Shown: positions 36,956-45,323, counted from the stretch's first letter. The stretch is DNA of 64,000 nucleotides from Gemmatimonadales bacterium (GCA_035491815.1 DATJKA010000035.1:84718-148717); one strand, 5' to 3'. Numbers and translations are program-made. The notes: generated from the letters alone by a model not told the origin.

Positions 36956-37629
36956 ACCGCGGCGAGCTCGGCGGGCGTGTGACCGGCGAACGAGTCCCAC
37001 ACCATCGCCGCACCGCGGCCCGCGAACCGCTCCGACGGGTGACTCGTCGTGAGCACCACGCACGGCATGCCCGCCGCCCGCGCCGCCGCCAGGCCGGGAA
37101 GCGAGTCCTCGACCACGACGCAGGCACCGGCCGTGATCGCCTTGCGCCGATTCAACGCGTCGAGTCCGGCGAGATACGCTGCGGGATCGGGCTTGCAGCT
37201 TCGCACGTCCTCGGCAGCAATGATGACCTCGAAAAGACTCGCGAAGTCGCGCTCCGTCCGGGCAAGCATGGCGTCGATCTCGCGCCGCAGCGCGCCGGAG
37301 ACGATGCCGAGCCGGAAGCGCGCGGCTGCTGCGCGGACAAATTCGCGGGCGCCGGGAACGATGGGCAGCGCTGCGCTCATGATGTTCAAGTACACCTCGG
37401 ACTTCTGTGCGACGAGGTAGCTCAGCAGCTCCGTCGTCAACGTCCGCGCGGCGCGGCGGTACGCTTCGACGAACCCCGTACGATCGTCGAGTCCGAGATA
37501 ATCGGCGTAGTACTGCTCGCGCGTCAGCGCGATCCCTTCGGCCGCCAACACGCGCTGGAACGCCTCGCAGTGCTGCGACTCGTCGTCCACGATCACGCCG
37601 TTGAAGTCGAACAGCACCGCCTGGATCAC
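36952..37629 (-). CDS. HAD-superfamily hydrolase (beta-PGM/phosphatase-like subfamily IA)
   Basis: GTG 37629 start gives VIQAVLFDFNGVIVDDE (motif I reads DFNGV), IVSGA (motif II) and VEDSLPGLAAARAAGM (motif IV). 4-nt overlaps on both sides. Confidence 0.85.
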   Translation of the reverse strand: MIQAVLFDFNGVIVDDESQHCEAFQRVLAAEGIALTREQYYADYLGLDDRTGFVEAYRRAARTLTTELLSYLVAQKSEVYLNIMSAALPIVPGAREFVRAAAARFRLGIVSGALRREIDAMLARTERDFASLFEVIIAAEDVRSCKPDPAAYLAGLDALNRRKAITAGACVVVEDSLPGLAAARAAGMPCVVLTTSHPSERFAGRGAAMVWDSFAGHTPAELAAV

Positions 37630-38477
37630 AACGTCTCCCGCAACCAGGTGACGATGGCCGGCCACGCCGTCGCGCGCGCGTGCGGGCTCAGCACGAGACC
37701 GCGATGCGACAGCCGCGGCGCGACGACCAGCGACTTGCGCGGCGATCCGACGCGGTCGAGCACTTGCCGGCACGCAGACGGCGGCGCGAAGATCCGGTCG
37801 CGCCCGCCGGCAACGCCGAGGTACGGCGTACTCAGTGCCGCGAGTCCCGCGAAATAGTCGAATCCGTCGGTCCCAAGCCAGCGGCCGCGCACGTTCCACT
37901 CCATCCATTCCGCGATGATCTCGGCTGCCTCATCTTCGTTGCCGAACTTGAAGCCGCGCGCCGGAAACCGACCCAGCGCGCGCGCGACAGCCATCGTGAT
38001 CGCGGCCAGCGTGCGCCGTACCGGCCCCATGCGCCTGGGCCCCGGCGTGCCCAGGGTCACGATGCCGCCCAGCGGCGCGGCGGCCGCCACGCGCGCCAGC
38101 CAGCACAGCCCCGCCGCCCCACCGGCGGAATGTCCAATCCAGGCGAGGGGCGCGCCATCGGTCTCTTCTCGTACCCGCGCGACGAGCGTGGGAGTGTCAT
38201 GCAGCACCCAGTCCTCGAACGTCCAGGCCCCGCGCCGCGGTTCGCGCGCGCTGTCGCCGTGATGGCGAAGATCCGCGAGCCAGACGTCGAATCCCGCGGC
38301 GCCGAGGAAGTGCGCCATCCCACCTGTGGGTGCGGCGGTGGGCGAGTGCAGCCAGAAGCGATGGTTCGTGAACGCGCCGTGCACCAGCAGCACCGCCGGT
38401 CGGCCGTCGCGGTACGCGCGCAACCGATGCAGCGCGAGCTCGACACCGTCGGGCGTAGCGAGTCGCCGCACCGTCAT
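37626..38477 (-). CDS. Alpha/beta-fold hydrolase
   Basis: MTVRRLATPDGVELALHRL..PAVLLVHGAFTN (oxyanion region) and the nucleophile elbow GHSAGG. ATGA overlap with glcF. Confidence 0.85.
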   Translation of the reverse strand: MTVRRLATPDGVELALHRLRAYRDGRPAVLLVHGAFTNHRFWLHSPTAAPTGGMAHFLGAAGFDVWLADLRHHGDSAREPRRGAWTFEDWVLHDTPTLVARVREETDGAPLAWIGHSAGGAAGLCWLARVAAAAPLGGIVTLGTPGPRRMGPVRRTLAAITMAVARALGRFPARGFKFGNEDEAAEIIAEWMEWNVRGRWLGTDGFDYFAGLAALSTPYLGVAGGRDRIFAPPSACRQVLDRVGSPRKSLVVAPRLSHRGLVLSPHARATAWPAIVTWLRETL

Positions 38478-39709
38478 CCGTAGCGGCCGGCGGCACGATA
38501 GGAGTCGTCGAGCAGCTCGATGGGATGGCGGACGCGAGCTGCGGCATGCGCGGCCGCGAGTCCCGCGCCCAGCTGCATGAGACAGCCGGGGTTGCCCGTC
38601 GCGACGACCTGCGGCGCCGCGGCGCGAATGCGCTCGATTTTCGTCTGGAGGACCGCGCGCGACATTTCCGGCTCGAGCAGCGTAAACAGTCCCGCGCTGC
38701 CGCAACAGTCGGCCGCGCCCGCCACGGTCACGAGCTCCAGCAACGGAATCGCCGCGAACAGCCGGAGTGGTTGAGTGACGATGCGCTGCGCGTGAATGAG
38801 ATGGCACGGTGGGTCATACGCGACATGCAGGTCCAGCGGCGCACCGGCCAAAGGCGTCGCGAGCAGCTCGGTGACGTCGCGCACGCGCGCGGCAAAACGC
38901 GCGCCGGCTGCGTCGCCCAGCAGGTGACCGTATTCCTTCATCAGTGCGCCGCAGCCCGCGCTGTTCACGACGATCGGTTCGTCACCGTTGCCGAACGCCA
39001 CGACGTTGCGCCGCGCGAGCTCCCGCGCCTGATCGAGCAGGCCGGCGTGGGCGTGGAGAGCGCCACAGCACACCTGGCCGGCGACCTCGCGACATTCGTA
39101 ACCATTGACGCTCAGGGTGCGCCTGGTCGCATCATGGACATGCCGAAAGAGGCCCTCCATGACACAGCCGCGAAATATCTGGACGGCGGAGGACGGCGCA
39201 GGACGGCGCAGGTCGGCAACATGCGGCGCCGTTCGCCGTCTTGCGCCGCCCTTCGCCGGCCGCGTCGCAGCCAGCATTCCCATGGCAAACCCGAACCTTC
39301 CCCAGCCGGCCAGCAATCGGGGGAATCCCGCCGCCCGCAGCACCCGCGCAAGCCAGTAAACCAGCCCGCTGACGCCGGGCGTCGTGAGCACCCACAACGC
39401 CAATTTCGCCAGCCGCGGGGTGCCGGTCGCGTCCGCGATCCGCGAGCGCGCGGCCTCGAGTCCCTGGCCGTAACGCACGCCAGAGGGGCAAACCGGCTCG
39501 CAGGCGCGGCAGCCGAGGCAGCGATCGAGATGATAGGACAGGGCTTCGTCGCTCGCGGCGAGATCGCCGCGCTCGAACGCCCGCATCAGCTCGATGCGGC
39601 CGCGCGGTGAATCGGATTCATCTCCGGTGACGAGAAAGGTGGGACAGGCTTGGAGACAGAAACCGCAGTGGACGCAGGCGTCCAGCCCTTCGAAGCCTCC
39701 TCGCGTCAT
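38474..39709 (-). CDS. glcF: Glycolate oxidase iron-sulfur subunit
   Basis: Two 4Fe-4S motifs (CVHCGFCLQACP and CLGCRACEPVCP) plus CCG-type Cys-rich repeats. ATGA overlap with glcE. Confidence 0.88.
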   Translation of the reverse strand: MTRGGFEGLDACVHCGFCLQACPTFLVTGDESDSPRGRIELMRAFERGDLAASDEALSYHLDRCLGCRACEPVCPSGVRYGQGLEAARSRIADATGTPRLAKLALWVLTTPGVSGLVYWLARVLRAAGFPRLLAGWGRFGFAMGMLAATRPAKGGARRRTAPHVADLRRPAPSSAVQIFRGCVMEGLFRHVHDATRRTLSVNGYECREVAGQVCCGALHAHAGLLDQARELARRNVVAFGNGDEPIVVNSAGCGALMKEYGHLLGDAAGARFAARVRDVTELLATPLAGAPLDLHVAYDPPCHLIHAQRIVTQPLRLFAAIPLLELVTVAGAADCCGSAGLFTLLEPEMSRAVLQTKIERIRAAAPQVVATGNPGCLMQLGAGLAAAHAAARVRHPIELLDDSYRAAGRYG

Positions 39710-40914
39710 GCGCCTTCGGTGGCGACGACGAGTGCTCCTCCAGGGTCGAACGTGCGGCGCAGTCCCGCCACGAGCGGGCCGACGCCTTCGCGGTAAGCGC
39801 CGAAGTGTCCGACCGCGCCGCGCATCGGCCACGGCGCGCGCTCCAGCGTCAACGGCACCTCCATCCCCGCGAGCGACCGGCGCAGACGCTGCAGGCGCTC
39901 GATGCTGGCGTCGCCGGTCCAGCGAATCGCGCCTGCTGCCGGCGATGCGGATATCCATTCGTCGCCGAGCTGGTGCTGCAACAGATCGAGGAGCTCGTCG
40001 CTCGCCGCGGGGACGCCGCCGATGCGGAAGGTCACCGGTCGCACGGCGAAGCCTTCGGCGAGCCGCATCCAGAAGCCATGTGCTTCCTCGGCGCGCAGCG
40101 GCGTGAAGCGGCCGCCGCCGCTCGCCGCGCCGAGACCGGCTTCATCGGCGGAAACGAGCGCCGGCGAGCCGGCGAGCCGGACCGCCAGCACCCACCGCTC
40201 GCGCCGTGCGAGGGCCGGAGACACGAGCTCGAGCGCCGCCGGCGTGAGTCCAGCGCCCGCGATGTCTTCGCCCACTTGCGTCAGGTCTTCACGCGCCCCT
40301 TCGAGCACGTACGTGACGTCGGCGCGCGGCAGCGCGCGCAGTCGGAGATGCACGAGCACGATGACGCCGAACGCCCCGAAGCCGCCCGCCTGCACGCGCG
40401 TGAGGTCGTAGCCCGCCACGTTCTTCATGACGCGGCCGCCGCTCTGCACCATCCGCCCGTCGCCGGTGACGAACGTGACCCCGAGCAGATGATCCTTCAC
40501 CGGCCCGAAGCCGTGACGGAGCGGCCCGGCCGTTGCCGTCGCGATGACGGACCCGAGGGTGCGGCCCGCCAGGCCCGGCGGATCGATGGCCAGCCACGCG
40601 CCGCGGTCGGCGAGCTGCTGGCGCAGCTGATCGAGGCCGATCCCTGCTTCGGCGGTCGCGGTCAAATCGGACGGCTCGACGGCTGGAATGCGGTCGAGGC
40701 GGCGGGTCGTCAACGCGAGATCGGCGGGCGCGTCGCTTTGCAGCCAGGTCCCCGCGCCCTCGATCCGGACACGCCAGCCTTCCTGGTGCGCGGTCCCGAG
40801 CAACAAGGCGACGGCGTCGGGTGAGCCGGGAGCGACACGGGGCACGCGGTCGGGGGCCGCTTCGAGAACCGCGCCCTCGCCCAACAGTGCCGTGACCTTT
40901 TCGAGGATCGTCAC
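39706..40914 (-). CDS. glcE: Glycolate oxidase FAD-binding subunit
   Basis: FAD_binding_4-like region (RIEGAGTWL, VMKNVAGYDLTRV). Its position between glcD and glcF. GTGA overlap with glcD. Confidence 0.85.
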   Translation of the reverse strand: MTILEKVTALLGEGAVLEAAPDRVPRVAPGSPDAVALLLGTAHQEGWRVRIEGAGTWLQSDAPADLALTTRRLDRIPAVEPSDLTATAEAGIGLDQLRQQLADRGAWLAIDPPGLAGRTLGSVIATATAGPLRHGFGPVKDHLLGVTFVTGDGRMVQSGGRVMKNVAGYDLTRVQAGGFGAFGVIVLVHLRLRALPRADVTYVLEGAREDLTQVGEDIAGAGLTPAALELVSPALARRERWVLAVRLAGSPALVSADEAGLGAASGGGRFTPLRAEEAHGFWMRLAEGFAVRPVTFRIGGVPAASDELLDLLQHQLGDEWISASPAAGAIRWTGDASIERLQRLRRSLAGMEVPLTLERAPWPMRGAVGHFGAYREGVGPLVAGLRRTFDPGGALVVATEGA

Positions 40915-42362
40915 GCGACAACCCTCGGCTGCCCCCGGGACCCGGTCCCAGTGTGGGCCGAAGCCCATTCTCTGCACGCGTGGATTGGGACGACCTTCCC
41001 TGGGTTCACGCGCTCTTCGGGATCGAACACGCGCCGCACCGCCTGCATCGCGCCAAGTGACTCCGCGTCGAAGATGAGCGGCATGTACCGCAGCTTATCG
41101 ATGCCGATGCCGTGCTCGCCCGTGATCGTTCCTCCGGCCGCGATACACGCGCCCATGATCTCGGCGCTCGCGCGCTCGACGCGCTCCTTCATGCCGTCAT
41201 CGGTTGCGTCGAAGGAGATGTTGGGGTGCAGATTCCCGTCGCCGGCGTGGAAGACGTTGCTGACCACGAGCCCGTAGCGGCTCGCGATATCGGCGATGCC
41301 CTCGAGGACGCGGGGCAGGGCGCTGCGCGGCACGACGGCGTCCTGAACGACGAGGTCGCGCGCCAGCCGCCCCATCGCGCCGAACGCCTTTTTCCGGCCC
41401 TGCCACAACCGCTCGCGCTCGGTCTCGCTCGCGGCGGTGCGTACCGACCGCGCGCCGGACGTGCGGAGCAGTCCCGCCACGGTCTCGGTTTCGGCGAGAA
41501 CGGCGGTTTCGTTGCGTCCGTCCAGCTCTACGAGCAGGATGGCGGCGGCATCACGCGGATACCCCGCCGCGTAGACCGAATCCTCGACCGCGCGGATGCA
41601 CGACTGATCCATCATCTCGAGTGCCGCGGGGACGATGCCGGCTGCGATGATCGCCGAGACACCTTCGCCGGCGGCGCGGAGGCTGTGGAAGTCGGCGAGC
41701 AGCGTCCGCACGGCGCGCGGCACCGGTGTCAGGCGAACGGTGATGCGCGTCGCGATGCCGAAGTTGCCCTCGGATCCTACGAACAGACCGACCAGGTCGG
41801 GCCCCCACGGCTCACCGCCCGGACTGCCGATCTCGACGAGGCTGCCGTCCGCCAGCAACAGCTCGAGCGCGAGGATGTGATTGGCGGTGACGCCGTACTT
41901 GAGGCAGTGCGGCCCGCCGGCATTTTCGGCGACGTTGCCGCCGATCGTGCAGGCGCTCTGGCTCGATGGATCGGGTGCGTACTGCAGACCAAACGGTTTC
42001 GCCGCGGCGCCGAGCTTGGCGTTGACGACGCCGGGCTCGACGATGGCGAGCCGGCTGTCCGCGTCGATTTTCAGAATGCGATTGAGGCGCGTGAGGACGA
42101 GCAGGACCGTGCCTTCATCCGCGAGCGCACCGCCTGACAGTCCGGTGCCCGCCCCGCGCGGCACGAACGGCACACCGAGGGCCGCGAGCAATCGCACGAC
42201 GGCGATCAATTCTTCCCGCGAGCCGGGGAGGACGACGAGATCGGGCACGCGCCGATGCGTCGGCAGCCCATCCATCGAGTACGTCACGCGCTCCGCGCGC
42301 GCTTCGCGCACGTGCCGCTCACCAACAATGGCGGCGAGGTCCCGAGCTAACGCGGACGACAT
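40911..42362 (-). CDS. glcD: Glycolate oxidase subunit GlcD (FAD-linked oxidase)
   Basis: PRGAGTGLSGGA, GGNVAENAGGPHCLKYG and GTITGEHGIGIDK are hallmark motifs. Confidence 0.9.
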   Translation of the reverse strand: MSSALARDLAAIVGERHVREARAERVTYSMDGLPTHRRVPDLVVLPGSREELIAVVRLLAALGVPFVPRGAGTGLSGGALADEGTVLLVLTRLNRILKIDADSRLAIVEPGVVNAKLGAAAKPFGLQYAPDPSSQSACTIGGNVAENAGGPHCLKYGVTANHILALELLLADGSLVEIGSPGGEPWGPDLVGLFVGSEGNFGIATRITVRLTPVPRAVRTLLADFHSLRAAGEGVSAIIAAGIVPAALEMMDQSCIRAVEDSVYAAGYPRDAAAILLVELDGRNETAVLAETETVAGLLRTSGARSVRTAASETERERLWQGRKKAFGAMGRLARDLVVQDAVVPRSALPRVLEGIADIASRYGLVVSNVFHAGDGNLHPNISFDATDDGMKERVERASAEIMGACIAAGGTITGEHGIGIDKLRYMPLIFDAESLGAMQAVRRVFDPEERVNPGKVVPIHACREWASAHTGTGSRGQPRVVA

Positions 42363-42381
42363 GTCTATATAGTAGCACGAA

Positions 42382-42407
42382 GGGTCGGGAAGCGATCTTC
42401 CCGACCC
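42382..42407 (-). terminator. GC-rich hairpin after the sigma gene (no U-tract)
   Basis: GGGTCGGGAAG (42382-42392), loop CGAT, CTTCCCGACCC (42397-42407). 11-bp perfect stem, 49 nt downstream of the sigma gene stop. Confidence 0.45.
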
Positions 42408-42455
42408 CTCGGTCCTTCAGAACCCCTCAGCCGCTCCGCCGCTCGGCGTCTGTCT

Positions 42456-43349
42456 TTACGCTGCTCTCCAGAACCCCTTGAGTGCCTTGCCATCGGGCGA
42501 CTCACGCAGCTTCTCAAAGGCGCGCTCGCGAATCTGACGGATGCGCTCGCGCGTGACGCCCATGAGCGCGCCGATCTTCTCGAGCGTCATGGCCTCGCTG
42601 CCCTCTTCGAGCCCGTAGTAGAGGTAGAGAATCTTGCGCTCGCGCGGCGTCAGATACTTCTGGAAGATCCGGTCGATGAACTCGCGCATCAACTTACCGT
42701 CGGTGCGCTCTTCGATCTCGCCGCCTTCCTGTCCCGCGAAGCGCTCACCGAGCGTCGCCGCGTCTTTGTCCGTGCGATCGACCGGCGCGTCGAGCGACAG
42801 CTCTGCCGCCGTCATGCGGCGCGCGGTCCGGACGTTCTCGACCGAGTCTTCGAGCGCCTGCGCGATTTCGTTGTCGGTCGGTTCGCGCCCGAGCTCTTGC
42901 GAGAGATACGTCTCGGTGCGGCTCATCCGAATCAGCTGCGAGTTCTGATTCAGCGGAATTCGCACGCTGCGCGTCTGCTCGGCCAGCGCCTTCAGCACTG
43001 CCTGACGCACCCACCACACCGCGTACGAAATGAATTTGACGCCCTGATCGGGGTCGAACTTTTTGACCGCTTTCAGCAGCCCTTCATTGCCGATGGCGAC
43101 GAGCTCGGAGAGATCGAGACCGTGGCCCTGATATTTTTTGACGTAGGAGATGACGAATCGGAGATTGGCTGTGACTAAGCGCTCGGCGGCTTTCTCATCG
43201 CCACGCTGTACGCGGCGAGCGAGACGCCGTTCTTCAGCGGGATCTTTGATGAGGGGAAGTTTTTGAATGTCCTGCAGGTACTGGTCGAATGCTCCGGATG
43301 GGGTTGTGCGGAAGAAGGCCTTCGCCTTGCCGCCGTTCGACCTCGCCAT
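42456..43349 (-). CDS. rpoD: RNA polymerase sigma-70 factor, short Bacteroidetes sigma-A-like type (no region 1.1)
   Basis: FDQYLQDIQKLPLI, ANLRFVISYVKKYQGHGL, GNEGLLKAVKKFDPDQGVKFISYAVWWVRQAVLKALAEQTRSVRIPLNQ and a region 4 HTH (MTLEKIGALMGVTRERIRQI). The start is set at ATG 43349, preceded by GGGGAG. Confidence 0.9.
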   Translation of the reverse strand: MARSNGGKAKAFFRTTPSGAFDQYLQDIQKLPLIKDPAEERRLARRVQRGDEKAAERLVTANLRFVISYVKKYQGHGLDLSELVAIGNEGLLKAVKKFDPDQGVKFISYAVWWVRQAVLKALAEQTRSVRIPLNQNSQLIRMSRTETYLSQELGREPTDNEIAQALEDSVENVRTARRMTAAELSLDAPVDRTDKDAATLGERFAGQEGGEIEERTDGKLMREFIDRIFQKYLTPRERKILYLYYGLEEGSEAMTLEKIGALMGVTRERIRQIRERAFEKLRESPDGKALKGFWRAA

Positions 43350-43378
43350 GCGCGGACTCCCCGGTTGTCCTTGAGGTG

Positions 43379-43540
43379 TGTGGATATGGCGGGCGACGCC
43401 GCCATTTAGGCCGTCTAAACCACGCGGCAATATAGGTTTTCGTACCAATCCGTGCAAATCAACGCAGTTTTCCACATCACAAATTGTTGGATTTATGATC
43501 ATTCCGGCGTTTGTCCACTATCCACAGGACCTGTGGATAA
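43379..43540. promoter_or_regulatory. Cluster of DnaA-box-like 9-mers including a 21-nt perfect palindrome
   Basis: Compared with the consensus TTATCCACA: TTATCCACA (minus, 43532-43540, 9/9), CTATCCACA (plus, 43518-43526, 8/9), TTTTCCACA (plus, 43468-43476, 8/9), ATATCCACA (minus, 43379-43387, 8/9), TTGTCCACT (plus, 43511-43519, 7/9). Palindrome TATCCACAGG-A-CCTGTGGATA at 43519-43539. Confidence 0.4.
43429..43457 (-). promoter_or_regulatory. Candidate sigma-70-type promoter for the sigma gene
   Basis: On the minus strand: TTGCAC (43457-43452), a 17-nt spacer, TATATT (43434-43429). It lies about 80 nt upstream of the start codon. Prediction by eye only. Confidence 0.35.
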
Positions 43541-43628
43541 AGACATTGCGAGACGGATCGCCCGCATAGACCCTAGCTCAATCCGAAGGATGAGAAACGC
43601 AGTGTGAAGAAGTGGAAAGCCGTGTGGG

Positions 43629-44747
43629 CTACGTGTTCACCAGAACCTGACGGATCAACGAATCGTCAACGGCCACCGTCCAGCCGTGTCCGTCGTCCCC
43701 GTGAGGTTTCCCGATGGCACTGGGTAATGCCAGCCGAATTTCGCCCGCCCGCACCTTCTTGTCGTTGCGCATCGCGCCGATCAGCTGATCCACGTGGCTT
43801 GCGTCCGGCCGCTCGATCGGCAAATGCAGCCGCTCGAGTGCGCCGGCGATGCGCTGCGCGGTGCCCGCGGGCGCTATGCCTAACGTTTCGGCAATGCGGC
43901 CCTCGTATACCATCCCGATCGCCACGGCTTCACCGTGCAGCACCTCGTACTTCGACGTCGCTTCGATGGCGTGGCCGACCGTGTGGCCGAAGTTGAGGAT
44001 CGCCCGCTTGCCGTTTTCCCGTTCGTCCTGGGCCACGACCGCCGCTTTGATTTCGACCGACCGCCGCACGACGCGCTCGAGCGCCGGCGCGTGCTTGGCG
44101 AAGATGGCCGCGTAGTCGCGTTCGAGAAACGCGAAGTAGTCGGCGTCGGCGATCACGCCGTGCTTCACCGCTTCAGCGAGCCCCGCCGAGAGCTGATTGC
44201 TCGACAGCGAGCCCAGCAAGTCGGTGTCGGCGACCACGACGCGCGGCTGGTGGAACGCGCCAAGCAGGTTCTTCCCCGCAGGGACGTCGACGCCCGTCTT
44301 GCCGCCGATCGACGAGTCGATCATCGCGAGCAAGGAGGTGGGGACCTGGACGAGCGATATGCCGCGCAGGTACGTCGCGGCCACGAAACCGCCGACGTCG
44401 TTCACCACGCCGCCGCCGAGCGCAATCACCGCGCTGTCGCGACCAAAATGCGCCGCGAGCATCCGGTCACTCAGCGACGCCCAGGTGTCGCGCGTCTTAT
44501 TCCATTCGCCGGCCGGAAAGGTGAGCAGTGCAACCCGTTTGCCGGTGGCCGCTAGCTGCTGCACGAGCTCTTCGCCGCACAACTTTCCGACATGCGAATC
44601 GGAGATCACCGCGTAGGCGGCTGCGGGACAATACCGCTCGAGAATTTGGGGTAGCTGCGGCAGCAACCCCGACCCGATCAGAATGTCGTAGGACGCGTCT
44701 CGTTGCTCGACGAGTGAGACGCGCACGGCGGCGGGGAGGGTGCTCAC
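43629..44747 (-). CDS. aroB: 3-dehydroquinate synthase
   Basis: IALGGGVVNDVGGFVAATYLRGI..VQVPTSLLAMIDSSIGGKTGVD and ..NFGHTVGHAIE. GTG 44747 start in a GTGA overlap with the upstream gene. Confidence 0.92.
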   Translation of the reverse strand: MSTLPAAVRVSLVEQRDASYDILIGSGLLPQLPQILERYCPAAAYAVISDSHVGKLCGEELVQQLAATGKRVALLTFPAGEWNKTRDTWASLSDRMLAAHFGRDSAVIALGGGVVNDVGGFVAATYLRGISLVQVPTSLLAMIDSSIGGKTGVDVPAGKNLLGAFHQPRVVVADTDLLGSLSSNQLSAGLAEAVKHGVIADADYFAFLERDYAAIFAKHAPALERVVRRSVEIKAAVVAQDERENGKRAILNFGHTVGHAIEATSKYEVLHGEAVAIGMVYEGRIAETLGIAPAGTAQRIAGALERLHLPIERPDASHVDQLIGAMRNDKKVRAGEIRLALPSAIGKPHGDDGHGWTVAVDDSLIRQVLVNT

Positions 44748-45274
44748 CACACGATGTCGGCGCGACCCGCCTGCTTGTTCACCACGCGCGCGAGCACGAA
44801 GAGGAGGTCGGACAGCCGGTTGAGATACTGAATGATCAGCGGATTGATCTGCTGGTCGCGCGCCAGCGATACGACCGCGCGCTCGGCGCGCCGGCAGATT
44901 GTGCGCGCCAAATGCAAGGCCGCCGCTTTCGGCGTGCCGCCCGGCAAAATGAAGTTCTTGAGCGGCGCGAGCGTCGCCTCGTGTGCGTCGATCAGACGCT
45001 CGAGCGCTTCGACCTGATTCGGCGCGACTTTGGCCCGCTGTTTCGCCTGATCCGGCGTGGCCAGCTCGGCGCCGATCGCGAAGAGATCGCGCTGGATCGT
45101 CTGCAATGCGGCGAGCTCGAAGTCGGCAGGCACGTCGGCCACGGCGGCGCCGACGGCAGCGTTCAGCTCGTCCACCTCGCCATAGGCCCGGACGCGTGCA
45201 TCGTCCTTGGGCACTCGGCCGCCGCCGAAGAGTCCGGTATCGCCCGCGTCGCCCGTCTTCGTATAGATCTTCAC
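44744..45274 (-). CDS. pduO: PduO-type ATP:cob(I)alamin adenosyltransferase
   Basis: GTG 45274 start gives VKIYTKTGDAGDTGLFGG, then ..YGEVDELNA.. and ..YLNRLSDLLFVLAR. GGGAGG lies upstream. Confidence 0.9.
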   Translation of the reverse strand: MKIYTKTGDAGDTGLFGGGRVPKDDARVRAYGEVDELNAAVGAAVADVPADFELAALQTIQRDLFAIGAELATPDQAKQRAKVAPNQVEALERLIDAHEATLAPLKNFILPGGTPKAAALHLARTICRRAERAVVSLARDQQINPLIIQYLNRLSDLLFVLARVVNKQAGRADIVW

Positions 45275-45312
45275 GCACACCTCCCACGCACCACGCACAA
45301 CGTACCACGCAC
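45272..45312 (-). repeat. Four copies of the heptamer GTGCGTG in the pduO-aroB leader
   Basis: Plus-strand cacgcac at 45272-45278, 45285-45291, 45292-45298 and 45306-45312. The first copy contains the GTG start codon of the adenosyltransferase gene. Confidence 0.7.
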
Positions 45313-45323
45313 CGGTTTTGGAG

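Noticed and set aside
34624-37127. 452-aa (34624-35982) and 744-aa (34893-37127) minus-strand ORFs.
   Set aside because: The 744-aa ORF is the epimerase gene plus an out-of-frame read through ygfZ. The GxxGxxG motif directly follows GTG 35906, which overlaps the ygfZ stop. The 452-aa ORF is a shadow frame.
43350-43628. Chromosomal replication origin (oriC) hypothesis for the DnaA-box cluster.
   Set aside because: This is not supported by what is visible. There is no dnaA, dnaN, gidA or parAB nearby. There is no switch of gene orientation: genes on both sides are mostly on the minus strand. The AT-rich stretch is only about 25 nt with no obvious 13-mer repeats. I keep it as a regulatory or titration-site candidate. 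It cannot be excluded without replicon-wide GC skew.
45275-45323. Cobalamin riboswitch upstream of the adenosyltransferase gene.
   Set aside because: The spacer is only 49 nt and consists of GTGCGTG heptamers. It has no B12-box.
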